Shown: in pieces, positions 8,793-17,232 of the stretch
Layout of the letters: each line of letters starts with the position of its first letter
Position numbering within the stretch: position 1 is the stretch's first letter
Made by a program: the position numbers and the translations under genes
Virus record (IMG/VR): IMGVR_UViG_3300027834_000005
Coordinates: 283,233 to 347,232 of that record
Length of the DNA stretch: 64,000 nucleotides
Direction: 5' to 3' (one strand)
The notes under the pieces: generated by a model
What the model saw: the letters and a program-made list of their open reading frames with translations, nothing else
Databases searched by the model: none
Told to the model about the DNA's origin: nothing

Positions 8793-10006
8793 TGAGTGAA
8801 TTATGTACTTTTTGTGGTAAAGGAAAAGGCGAGGTTGATTTACTTATATCAGGACCGTTAGACTCTGAAGGTGTACCATCAGCCTACATTTGTAGTGAAT
8901 GTACTGGTGTCGCTGAAGAGTTCGTATTAGAAATGAAAGCGGATGAGGCTGCACTTGATAAAGTTGAGTGTACCAAGTCCATTTTGTATCCTAATGATAT
9001 TAAGAATCAATTAGATGAGTACGTGGTTGGTCAAAATAGCGCTAAAGAAAAGTTATCAGTGGCGATATTCAATCATAAGAAAAGAATTGCCATGGTTAAT
9101 CGTGGTGAGGACACAGTGGAAAAGTCAAATATTCTAATGGTAGGACCATCAGGTAGTGGTAAGACGTTATTATTGAAGACTATTACTAAGATTGCTGACG
9201 TTCCGTGCATTGTCGCTAACAGCACCTCTCTCACTGAGGCAGGTTATGTAGGGCAAGACGTAGAAAGTATCTTTGAGGACCTTCTTATGGCCGCTGACGG
9301 CGATATAGATAAGGCACAGCAAGGTATTGTGTTCTTAGATGAGATTGATAAGAAAGCTAAGGCAAAAACAGGCGGTAGTGGTAGGGATATCTCAGGCGAA
9401 GGCGTACAGCAAGCTTTATTGAAGCTAGTTGAGGGCACAGAGCTTATGATCAACCCTAATCCGAAGAATAAGCAACCATTAACGTTGGTTCCATTCAACA
9501 CTAAGGACATTTTGTTCATAGCTGGTGGTGCATTCGTTGGGTTGGATGATATAGCTAAGAAAAGAGATGCTGGCACGACCATGGGTCTATCTGCAACTCT
9601 TACTAATAGTGATGAGGCCACAGTGCCTAAGATATCATCTGAAGATTTGAGTAAGTATGGTCTTATACGGGAATTCATTGGTAGATTCCCTATCATGGTA
9701 ACTCTGCAACCACTAAGCGTGGATATGCTGAAAAGAATTATCGTGGAACCTAAGAATAGCATATTCTCTCAATTTAAAGACTTGTTTGCGGTTGAAGAAA
9801 TAGAATTGGTATTCACAGAAGAATACCTAGAGTACTTGGCTTCAAAAGCCATAGAGCACAAGACTGGGGCCAGAGGCCTTAGAAGAAGTCTTGAAGAAGA
9901 TCTTAGTGGCGTACAGTTCGATCTTAAAAAACATAAAAATGATAATGTCATACGTGTAGTCGTTGGAGACAAAGGTATCATTACATTAGAAAAGGAAGAT
10001 ACATGA
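8792..10006 (+). CDS. clpX: ATP-dependent Clp protease ATPase subunit ClpX
   Basis: N-terminal CxxC...CxxC zinc domain, GPSGSGKT, EAGYVGQDVE, LDEIDK, RDISGEGVQQALLK, GARGLR. Confidence 0.96.
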   Translation: MSELCTFCGKGKGEVDLLISGPLDSEGVPSAYICSECTGVAEEFVLEMKADEAALDKVECTKSILYPNDIKNQLDEYVVGQNSAKEKLSVAIFNHKKRIAMVNRGEDTVEKSNILMVGPSGSGKTLLLKTITKIADVPCIVANSTSLTEAGYVGQDVESIFEDLLMAADGDIDKAQQGIVFLDEIDKKAKAKTGGSGRDISGEGVQQALLKLVEGTELMINPNPKNKQPLTLVPFNTKDILFIAGGAFVGLDDIAKKRDAGTTMGLSATLTNSDEATVPKISSEDLSKYGLIREFIGRFPIMVTLQPLSVDMLKRIIVEPKNSIFSQFKDLFAVEEIELVFTEEYLEYLASKAIEHKTGARGLRRSLEEDLSGVQFDLKKHKNDNVIRVVVGDKGIITLEKEDT

Positions 10007-10239
10007 AAGGTCCAGTAAGGATAGAAGGTCTTGCGGTAGAAGTTAAAGGTAACTTCGAACGCGCATTAAGGATGTTCAGTAAAAAAGTACAAAGCTCAGG
10101 ACTCATTCGTGAGTTGAGAGAAAGAGAGCACTACGAGAAGAAGACGTCTAAGCGAAAGAAAGATAAGGCAGCTGCAAGTCGTAGAGAGCAAAAGCGCGTC
10201 AGAGATAATAGCCCTGAAGCACAACACAGAAAAAGATAA
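10003..10239 (+). CDS. rpsU: Phage-encoded 30S ribosomal protein bS21
   Basis: FERALRMFSKKVQSSGLIRELREREHYEK..KRK..KAAA; basic C-terminus; ATGA overlap with clpX. Confidence 0.88.
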   Translation: MKGPVRIEGLAVEVKGNFERALRMFSKKVQSSGLIRELREREHYEKKTSKRKKDKAAASRREQKRVRDNSPEAQHRKR

Positions 10240-10302
10240 ATACTATTATCAGTTGTTTTTTTGATCTTATTTGTAAATAAAGCTTCCCTTAACGGGGAAA
10301 GT

Positions 10303-10331
10303 TTGTTACAATAGCGCAAAATTAATATACT
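10303..10331 (+). promoter_or_regulatory. sigma70-like promoter upstream of clpS
   Basis: TTGTTA-17 bp-TATACT, followed by SD AGGAG and ATG 10352. Confidence 0.55.
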
Positions 10332-10351
10332 GATGGTAGGAGATACCGACA

Positions 10352-10657
10352 ATGAGCACACAAACATGCGAAGACACTATGGTTTTGGAAGAAGTTCAGA
10401 TTAAGGAACCTTCCACGTATCAAGTAGTTTTCTTGAACGACGATAAAACCCACATTGAATTTGTGGTGGATGTATTAGCTTCAGTATTTCACAAAACATT
10501 AGTGGATGCGGAAATGGTTACCTTACAGATTCATCATACTGGGCGTGGCATTGCCGGTGTATACAGTGAGGAAATTGCCGAGACTAAGCAAGAAGAGACT
10601 ACGAAATTGGCTCGCGCCAATGGATTCCCTCTTCAAGTTGTGGTTGAGGAAGTGTAA
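10352..10657 (+). CDS. clpS: N-degron adaptor ClpS
   Basis: YQVVFLNDDKTHIEFVVDVL, IHHTGRGIAGVYSEEIAETK, GFPL. Confidence 0.95.
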   Translation: MSTQTCEDTMVLEEVQIKEPSTYQVVFLNDDKTHIEFVVDVLASVFHKTLVDAEMVTLQIHHTGRGIAGVYSEEIAETKQEETTKLARANGFPLQVVVEEV

Positions 10658-10929
10658 TGAATAACTTTTTCATGATTTCAACATTATGTTTGTGTTTTGG
10701 ATTGGCCTCCTTACTTATGGGTAGGGAAATAGGCCATAAAGAATCACGAATAGATGCTGATGCTGTGGTAAGTGTTTCTAAACTGACAATAGTGAAGATG
10801 CATTATGCATGTGGCGGAAGCCAATACGTTAATGAATTCAATTTTGACGTCAATACACTTACGGGTGATTTCGGAACAGTCACTGTAATATGCAGAGACG
10901 GTACGGAAATTTCTTTGATAGACGAATAG
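10657..10929 (+). CDS. Hypothetical protein with N-terminal TM/signal segment
   Basis: Hydrophobic residues 4-22; TAATG coupling. Confidence 0.55.
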   Translation: MNNFFMISTLCLCFGLASLLMGREIGHKESRIDADAVVSVSKLTIVKMHYACGGSQYVNEFNFDVNTLTGDFGTVTVICRDGTEISLIDE

Positions 10930-10995
10930 TACCGTAAAATATACCGTCATTATACGTGACGTACGATGGTGGTAATTATGTACAAGGAGTGTACC

Positions 10996-11274
10996 ATGAG
11001 AACCAGAGAACATTGGAAAGAATGCTTAAGTGATGAGCCGTATATTATGGCCCAGACAGTAGTTCTAGAGTTAAAAGACATTGCTAAAAACTCAGGATAT
11101 GATCCTAGAGGAGTTAAGGTCCATAGTAAAGAAGAAGCTATGAGGCGTAACATCGGACGCGTTGGTGCATTCATAACGTGGAATGAAGGTCCCATTGGTT
11201 GGACTGATTTCTGTGATTTGCCCTTCGAGTTTTGTGATGTGTATGAAGGTTCCATGCTAATATTTTATGATTGA
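10996..11274 (+). CDS. Hypothetical protein
   Basis: SD AAGGAG before ATG 10996. Confidence 0.55.
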   Translation: MRTREHWKECLSDEPYIMAQTVVLELKDIAKNSGYDPRGVKVHSKEEAMRRNIGRVGAFITWNEGPIGWTDFCDLPFEFCDVYEGSMLIFYD

Positions 11275-11572
11275 TTTAAAAGAGGTCGGCGTTAAATACG
11301 TCGCCACAGATAAGAAAGGAAAGAAAATAACCTTCCAGATCATTTATTACGACAGTTTAATTGAGATGGTAGGTTTGAACGATTGTAACGTATACGATCT
11401 TGATGATTACCGAAAGAACGTGTACGATGCAGTGAAGGGATTCGTAGATAGCCCGTATGATATTACGTGGTATTCAGTGCCAAGCTACGAAAGTAACCTA
11501 GTTGATGCCGTAAAGGAGGCAATAACTACAGGCAACCATACCATAGTCATAGAATACACAGATATAGATTGA
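11267..11572 (+). CDS. Hypothetical protein
   Basis: Overlapping, tightly packed ORF. Confidence 0.55.
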   Translation: MIDLKEVGVKYVATDKKGKKITFQIIYYDSLIEMVGLNDCNVYDLDDYRKNVYDAVKGFVDSPYDITWYSVPSYESNLVDAVKEAITTGNHTIVIEYTDID

Positions 11573-11573
11573 G

Positions 11574-11599
11574 AAAACATGTTGAAAACATGTTATAAT
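11574..11599 (+). promoter_or_regulatory. Extended -10 promoter overlapped by a tandem palindromic repeat
   Basis: AAAACATGTT-G-AAAACATGTT; TGtTATAAT at 11591-11599. Confidence 0.55.
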
Positions 11600-11630
11600 T
11601 GATTCAGATTATCCATTAACAGAGGTATAT

Positions 11631-11864
11631 ATGACGACTCCCCAACATAACACAGGTCCTATCCCACCAGCCACAGAATGTGAGTGGCCGGTGTCGATAG
11701 ACGAGCGTGGCATAGTTTTCTGCCATAGCAAGCAAATTAAATCTGGATCAAGTTACTGCGCTGAACACCATTCAGAAGCCTATTACTCTCCATCTAACCA
11801 AGATGATATCGACTTAGCAGAAGTTGACACAAACACTGTTGAGATCGATCCACTGAGAGAATAG
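11631..11864 (+). CDS. GcrA C-terminal-domain-like protein
   Basis: CEWP...FC...YCAEH...AY matches the GcrA C-terminal pattern CxWP...FCG...YCxxH...AY; SD GAGG. Confidence 0.65.
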   Translation: MTTPQHNTGPIPPATECEWPVSIDERGIVFCHSKQIKSGSSYCAEHHSEAYYSPSNQDDIDLAEVDTNTVEIDPLRE

Positions 11865-12146
11865 ATGACGTATCATGTAACTGGGTTGGTGTCGGAGCCG
11901 ACGTTATTTTTCTCCGATGATGGCGTTTCATTGTTTACAGATCCAAACGAGAAGTGGTTTATTAGTGAAGTATTAGATCGTTTGGTATCAAAGGACACAA
12001 AAAAAGTGTATTCGGTGGAACTATTTGGTAAGAACGCCAATATAAATCCTGGTCTACGGCGCATGGAACTATCTGTGCGACTTCAAGAGATTGATGATAG
12101 TGGAGCAGATAGTATTGACGATAAGGTTTTGGTGTATAGCAAATGA
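11865..12146 (+). CDS. Hypothetical protein
   Basis: Starts immediately after the upstream stop. Confidence 0.55.
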   Translation: MTYHVTGLVSEPTLFFSDDGVSLFTDPNEKWFISEVLDRLVSKDTKKVYSVELFGKNANINPGLRRMELSVRLQEIDDSGADSIDDKVLVYSK

Positions 12147-12433
12147 TTGATGTGGCCTACGTATTTATATCACAGTTTTTTATGATTTTATTAGTGGGCC
12201 TCAATCAATTAAATGTGGTTCACAACCATATTTATATGGCAATGACGACATCACTGCTCATCAGTGTGTGTAGCTTTTATAACGTCAACGCCATATCACA
12301 GACAGAGGCATACTCACCTACATGGTTTGCTTTTATAATTGCCGGTGGTATAGCTATTGGGGCATCTATGAAATTGCATCCTATAATGGTTAGAGCATTT
12401 AACAAGGCAGATAAAAATGACACAGATACTTGA
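12143..12433 (+). CDS. Small multi-pass membrane protein
   Basis: Three hydrophobic segments; ATGA-type coupling. Confidence 0.6.
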   Translation: MIDVAYVFISQFFMILLVGLNQLNVVHNHIYMAMTTSLLISVCSFYNVNAISQTEAYSPTWFAFIIAGGIAIGASMKLHPIMVRAFNKADKNDTDT

Positions 12434-12923
12434 GAATTTATCCCTTATCGCGGCGACTACGCAAGATGGCGGTATAGGGTCAGAAAATAGATTACCATGG
12501 AAATGTCCAGAAGACATGAAATTCTTTAAAGAATTCACCACTGGTAAATCAGTTATTATGGGACATAACACGTTTGAGTCCATTGGTAGCAGAGCGCTAC
12601 CTAACAGAGACAACTATGTTGTCACACGTCATGCTAATAGCACGCATGGTAGTTTGAGGTTTATGAACTTTGATAGCATCCTTGAATTAGTTAAACTCCA
12701 CAGCGATAAAGAATTTATCGTGATAGGTGGAGAAAAAACATACGCTGCTTTTATGAAACACATCAGTAAGGCATATATAACTACGATCAAAGATTCGTGC
12801 GTATATAAAGATATGGAAATAGATACGTTCTTGCCATCGTTATCGGAGTCATTCTTTTTGCAAGGTGTACTCCGTTCCCATGACACTTGCGTTATTAGAA
12901 AATGGAGAACACCGAGAACTTAA
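12417..12923 (+). CDS. folA: Dihydrofolate reductase
   Basis: GGIGSENRLPWKCPEDMKFFK, VIMGHNTFESI, LPNR, VIGG, DTF. Confidence 0.93.
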   Translation: MTQILENLSLIAATTQDGGIGSENRLPWKCPEDMKFFKEFTTGKSVIMGHNTFESIGSRALPNRDNYVVTRHANSTHGSLRFMNFDSILELVKLHSDKEFIVIGGEKTYAAFMKHISKAYITTIKDSCVYKDMEIDTFLPSLSESFFLQGVLRSHDTCVIRKWRTPRT

Positions 12924-12925
12924 CA

Positions 12926-13168
12926 ATGAATACTTACACTCACATATATAACATCGTTGGTAAGCCTACATGTACAGTAACTGTACATGAAGATTGCGCA
13001 GGCATGCATACATTTGCATCTAGCTCTCTAAAAAAATCGTCAAATAACCTAGCTAGTCCGAATATATTGGAGTTGTTAGTGTGGGTTAGCGAAAGAAAGA
13101 ATGCTGAGTTGGAACTAAAGGAGTCAACGCGTAATGAAGGTGAGATTGAAGGAAAGTTCAAAGTTTGA
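12926..13168 (+). CDS. Hypothetical protein
   Basis: SD GAGA; ATG 12926 follows the DHFR stop. Confidence 0.45.
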   Translation: MNTYTHIYNIVGKPTCTVTVHEDCAGMHTFASSSLKKSSNNLASPNILELLVWVSERKNAELELKESTRNEGEIEGKFKV

Positions 13169-13790
13169 TGATCTCCAAAGTATAAAAAGACGTTACTATG
13201 GTTACTTGGACGACACTAATATAAGGGCGCTGGCTTTTATGTTAACTGTCCCTATTGCCATTAGTCATTTCATTAGATATTGCTTGCATAAATTTAAGTT
13301 TAGTGATAAAATAGTCATAGAGTCAAACGACGTGAAGAATGCCGATATAACAATGGCTAAAATTATAGTGCCATTATTGGAAAGGTTAAATGTTGAGAAG
13401 CAAGGTGTGCCTCCAGTTGATGACATGGACGTACCGGATGCTATTATGGATATAGGCGTTAAGTTCCATGGTATAGACGTGTCTCGTAGCTTTAAGTGGG
13501 AATATGTCATGACTAGGATGATTATATCATTCAAGTACGTGTCTAATGAGTTAGCCGTAACATCCTGCGAGGAAGGTCTAGGAGACATTAGAATACCTGA
13601 TGTTCTTAAGATACACACTGAGTTGATTCATGAAGAGATGGACACATTAAAGTCTCTTGAAGAAACACACGGCAAGATTAAGATGGAAGACTACTATGAG
13701 TTCATGGAAGTGGACCCGAACAATATTGAAAGGGTAGTCCAAGAAGGTCTTGATTTATTCTCCAAATATTACTTGAGGTTATGGACATAA
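13134..13790 (+). CDS. Conserved-type phage hypothetical protein (start uncertain)
   Basis: DITMAKIIVPLL...KQGVP..D..DVP...W..VM..MI.SF pattern seen in T4-like phage proteins. Confidence 0.55.
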   Translation: MKVRLKESSKFDDLQSIKRRYYGYLDDTNIRALAFMLTVPIAISHFIRYCLHKFKFSDKIVIESNDVKNADITMAKIIVPLLERLNVEKQGVPPVDDMDVPDAIMDIGVKFHGIDVSRSFKWEYVMTRMIISFKYVSNELAVTSCEEGLGDIRIPDVLKIHTELIHEEMDTLKSLEETHGKIKMEDYYEFMEVDPNNIERVVQEGLDLFSKYYLRLWT

Positions 13791-14053
13791 TGTACATTAA
13801 CGATGAAGACAAAAAAGATACAGCAAACAGCACACTAGGTATATACTACATGGGCGTATTACTTATTTTATTGCTCGCAGTATGTGGGTATCAGCGCTAT
13901 ATGTTAGATGATATGGGATATGGCAATAAGGAATACTCTGAGGTTAGAGAACTATGCGTGGAAGCGCACAAGGAAGGTATCGGATGTAAAGTTGGCTTTG
14001 GCCCTTACGCCGAGTTTGAGCAAATGGAGTACACCAAGGAAGATGAGCGATAA
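13781..14053 (+). CDS. Hypothetical membrane protein
   Basis: Single TM segment (residues ~20-37). Confidence 0.5.
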   Translation: MDIMYINDEDKKDTANSTLGIYYMGVLLILLLAVCGYQRYMLDDMGYGNKEYSEVRELCVEAHKEGIGCKVGFGPYAEFEQMEYTKEDER

Positions 14054-14867
14054 TATACACTTTTTACAGATCATGGAGCCTAATGTAGAAGGGAAAGACT
14101 TCGTTGTTGGGGACATCCATGGTCATTTCAGAAAACTTGATAATAAGTTGGAAGAAATAGGTTTTAATTTCGAACAAGATAGGCTATTCGTAGTGGGTGA
14201 CTTGATCGATAGAGGTCCGTACTCTCATGAGTGCTTAGATTATCTTAAAAAAGACTGGTTCTATTCCATAAAAGGAAACCATGAAGAGTTTCTAGTTAGA
14301 GGAGTAGACTTTATGTTACGCGGCTGCCCTGCTGATGATATGACTGGTATCATATCATATAATACATGGATGGGTAACGGCGGAAGATGGTTCGAAGACT
14401 TAAAAACCGTGCACGGTGAAGACCTTGGAGTTAAAGAGCTTAAAGAATACATGGTCGCATTAGACGCATTACCGTATTTCATGGAAATTCCGGTACAAGT
14501 CGATGGCACTATGAAGAAAGTTGCAATGGTACATGCTGAAATCAACGATACCTATGACTGGAACGACGTAGTGTCGGTGTCGAATGGTTTAGAAGTCGAA
14601 TGTACTGATGCTAGTAGACTCATGCGAGACGCTGCTTGGAGCAGATCACGCATAGAGAGATGTGGAACCTCAGTTATGTATGGTAAGGATCACTCTTGTG
14701 AAACTATGCTTAATATAGACGCTGTGTTCTGCGGACACACACCCATCATTGAGTATACAGATACTGCGCCGTTTACTATAGGTAATATTCACTATATAGA
14801 CACGTGGGTATATGGGCAGATAGATAATAATTTTCAGATAATTGATCTGAAGGATTTTTTATCTTGA
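14043..14867 (+). CDS. Ser/Thr protein phosphatase (lambda NinI/PphA-like PPP family)
   Basis: VVGDIHG, VGDLIDRGP, KGNHE, WMGNGGRW, VHA, GHTP, IDT; ATG 14043 preferred to 13908. Confidence 0.9.
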   Translation: MSDNIHFLQIMEPNVEGKDFVVGDIHGHFRKLDNKLEEIGFNFEQDRLFVVGDLIDRGPYSHECLDYLKKDWFYSIKGNHEEFLVRGVDFMLRGCPADDMTGIISYNTWMGNGGRWFEDLKTVHGEDLGVKELKEYMVALDALPYFMEIPVQVDGTMKKVAMVHAEINDTYDWNDVVSVSNGLEVECTDASRLMRDAAWSRSRIERCGTSVMYGKDHSCETMLNIDAVFCGHTPIIEYTDTAPFTIGNIHYIDTWVYGQIDNNFQIIDLKDFLS

Positions 14868-14892
14868 CTTGACTCATGAATGATGGTAAAAT
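14864..14892 (+). promoter_or_regulatory. sigma70 promoter
   Basis: TTGACT-17 bp-TAAAAT. Confidence 0.65.
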
Positions 14893-14963
14893 ACACACAT
14901 GATAAGGCAATTGGTGAGCCAGTTAATCAACACCACATTAGACTGATAATAAAATACCTTTTT

Positions 14964-14985
14964 GGGCACTACGGTGCCCTTTTTT
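14964..14985 (+). terminator. Intrinsic terminator
   Basis: GGGCAC-TACG-GTGCCC followed by T6. Confidence 0.8.
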
Positions 14986-14993
14986 ATGGACAT

Positions 14994-15338
14994 ATGAAGA
15001 CAATAATAGCCGGTAGTAGAGACAACGTAGGACCAGAACATTTATTTGAGGCATTTGACATAATAGATTATGAAATTACTCAAGTGATATGCGGATGCGC
15101 CAGAGGTGCAGACACAATAGGTAAGGCATGGGCCGACCTAGAAGGCATACCATGCTTAGAAATGCCTGCGGACTGGGATCTACACGGAAAGAAAGCTGGA
15201 TCTATTCGTAATGAAGAGATGGCGTTAGAAGCAGAAGCTCTCATCGCGTTGTGGGACGGAGTAAGCACCGGCACGGCTAACATGATAAACATAGCAGAAC
15301 GTCTTGGGCTTCATGTCACTGTGATATACACACAATAA
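14994..15338 (+). CDS. SLOG-family (YspA/DUF2493-like) protein
   Basis: MKTIIAGSRD, GCARGADT, PADWDLHGKKAGSIRNEEM, WDGVSTGTANMI; start reassigned from 14880. Confidence 0.85.
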   Translation: MKTIIAGSRDNVGPEHLFEAFDIIDYEITQVICGCARGADTIGKAWADLEGIPCLEMPADWDLHGKKAGSIRNEEMALEAEALIALWDGVSTGTANMINIAERLGLHVTVIYTQ

Positions 15339-15341
15339 TAT

Positions 15342-15370
15342 TTGACAACAACTTTAAAATAGAATAGTAT
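15342..15370 (+). promoter_or_regulatory. sigma70 promoter
   Basis: TTGACA-17 bp-TAGTAT. Confidence 0.65.
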
Positions 15371-15393
15371 TATGCTTCTTAACGGAGAATACT

Positions 15394-16629
15394 ATGTTAG
15401 CTTTTTTATTAATACTTATCCCATTCGCAGCATTCTTGATTGCGAAATTATGTTTTAACCACAAATTTAACTTCCAAGAGGTCGTGATCGGTATCATCAT
15501 ATGTGCTGCTTCTGCGATAGCCGTTCTTGAAGTATCTAAAAATGGCAAAATGGCTGACAGAGAGATCTGGAACGGCAAAGTTACCTCCAAACAACCAGAG
15601 AAACGCAATTGTCCCGTACCAGACTACGATGGCTGGACAGATGAGTACTCATCCTTCTGTAGTGCCCATGATGATGAAGAGCGTATTGTTGGGTATGAGA
15701 CAGTATGTGACTCTTATAATGATAGCGGCAGCTGCACAAGCTCACATGAAGAGCCAATCTATGAAACGTACTACCGTTATTACTTTAGATACGAACAGCG
15801 TTGGTATGTAAACTCCAATCTGGTTAGCTGGGAAGAACCACGCGTAGGCGGACGTTATAAGCAAGGTCTAAAAGAGCCTAAGAGCTGGACTATTGTCAAG
15901 ATTAACGACCCTGTGAGTGTCACTAGGCCATATGACAACTACGTCAGAGCCGTACCAGAGAGCTTATTCAATAATAAGGAAGTAAAGAACGCACATAGCG
16001 CTAGTGTTCCGGCATACCCAACAGTTCACGGCAGATATAAAGTGAATCGTGTACTATCGGTGGGATATAAAGGTAATATCGACAAAAATAAGCTAAATTA
16101 TGAGCTTGGTAAGGCATTAGGGCGATTAAACCCTGCAAAACAGGTAAATGTCATCGTTATCCTAACTAGTATAGGTGATATGTCATTCCGACATGCCGTA
16201 GAGAACAAATGGCTTGGTGGTAAGAAAAACGACGCTATTATCTTCATTAGTTTAGACACTAACGGTGATATATTGTGGACAGACCTAATGACATTCGGAA
16301 AAAATAAGTTTAATGGTATATATACTGCTAATTTAACTGGCGCAATCAGTGATATGGAAAATATTACTAAAGATAATCAAGGTGAGCTGGTAGGCACTAT
16401 AGAGAACTTAACTGCCAAGCATTATGATCGACCTGCAATGAAAGAATACTTTTATTTAGTGAAGCATATACAACCTTCTACCGGAGCGCTTATATTTGCA
16501 TTCATATTAGACATTCTTATTTGCGTAGGGTTGTTATGGGCATTCAATAAGTACGACTTTGATCCGATAGGCAACTCATACAGACACATTAAGTGGAAAT
16601 TTAATAGACGTAGAAGATTTAGAAGATAA
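15394..16629 (+). CDS. Membrane protein with large extracytoplasmic, TPM-like domain
   Basis: Two N-terminal TMs, Cys-containing loop, KQVNVIVILT...WLGGKKNDAIIFI segment, C-terminal TM and basic tail. Confidence 0.6.
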   Translation: MLAFLLILIPFAAFLIAKLCFNHKFNFQEVVIGIIICAASAIAVLEVSKNGKMADREIWNGKVTSKQPEKRNCPVPDYDGWTDEYSSFCSAHDDEERIVGYETVCDSYNDSGSCTSSHEEPIYETYYRYYFRYEQRWYVNSNLVSWEEPRVGGRYKQGLKEPKSWTIVKINDPVSVTRPYDNYVRAVPESLFNNKEVKNAHSASVPAYPTVHGRYKVNRVLSVGYKGNIDKNKLNYELGKALGRLNPAKQVNVIVILTSIGDMSFRHAVENKWLGGKKNDAIIFISLDTNGDILWTDLMTFGKNKFNGIYTANLTGAISDMENITKDNQGELVGTIENLTAKHYDRPAMKEYFYLVKHIQPSTGALIFAFILDILICVGLLWAFNKYDFDPIGNSYRHIKWKFNRRRRFRR

Positions 16630-16642
16630 ACGGAGAAGGGAA

Positions 16643-16810
16643 ATGGAAATTATTTTAGCGATAATCGTATTAAACGGAGCATTCTCAAAAACTATTGAGT
16701 ATGATATGTCTAGTCTCGCCGAGTGTGAGAGTCACAAGGAAGAGTTAGTGGAGCGATTACGCAAAGATAACTTCGTACTTTCTGCAAAATGCAAAATAGA
16801 AGGAAAATAG
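16643..16810 (+). CDS. 55-aa hypothetical protein with hydrophobic N-terminus
   Basis: SD GGAG/AAGGG; open frame MEIILAIIVLNG...KIEGK; below the track cutoff. Confidence 0.5.
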   Translation: MEIILAIIVLNGAFSKTIEYDMSSLAECESHKEELVERLRKDNFVLSAKCKIEGK

Positions 16811-16811
16811 G

Positions 16812-17204
16812 ATGTCAAAAATATTAAGACTAAGTGAATGGATTAAAGGCCGTAAGAATAAAACCGAAACTACACCTGCAAAGTATGCGAAAGGTGAAGA
16901 GAAGCCGGAGCCGGTGCAGGAACCGGAGTATTATTCAGCTATACATATACAACTGAAGAATAATAGAACTCTAAACTTGGAGTTAAAAGTTGCGAAACCT
17001 GATGGTAAGTTTGGTGTTAGAGAGGCATGGTTGGATTTCATCAAATGGTATCACTGTAGAGAGTCATCTGAGGTATACACTTTTAAATATAGAGACGATA
17101 CGTGTTGGACGTATCGATGCATAAAGAAATCAAACATTGAAGAGTACACCATTACTTCTAAAGAAATCAAACATTCGAAGAGTGCATCATTATTTCCAAA
17201 GTAA
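16812..17204 (+). CDS. Hypothetical protein
   Basis: Packed ORF with SD AGGA. Confidence 0.55.
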   Translation: MSKILRLSEWIKGRKNKTETTPAKYAKGEEKPEPVQEPEYYSAIHIQLKNNRTLNLELKVAKPDGKFGVREAWLDFIKWYHCRESSEVYTFKYRDDTCWTYRCIKKSNIEEYTITSKEIKHSKSASLFPK

Positions 17205-17232
17205 AGAAAAGATGGGCTTTTAGATAAAAGTG

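Noticed and set aside
10235-10242. GATAAATA as a late promoter for clpS
   Set aside because: It is built from the rpsU stop codon in AT-rich sequence, and a sigma70 promoter explains clpS. Not supportable alone.
14880-14993. 38-aa N-terminal extension of the SLOG protein
   Set aside because: It spans a promoter and a terminator, and the family motif starts at MKTIIAGSR (14994).
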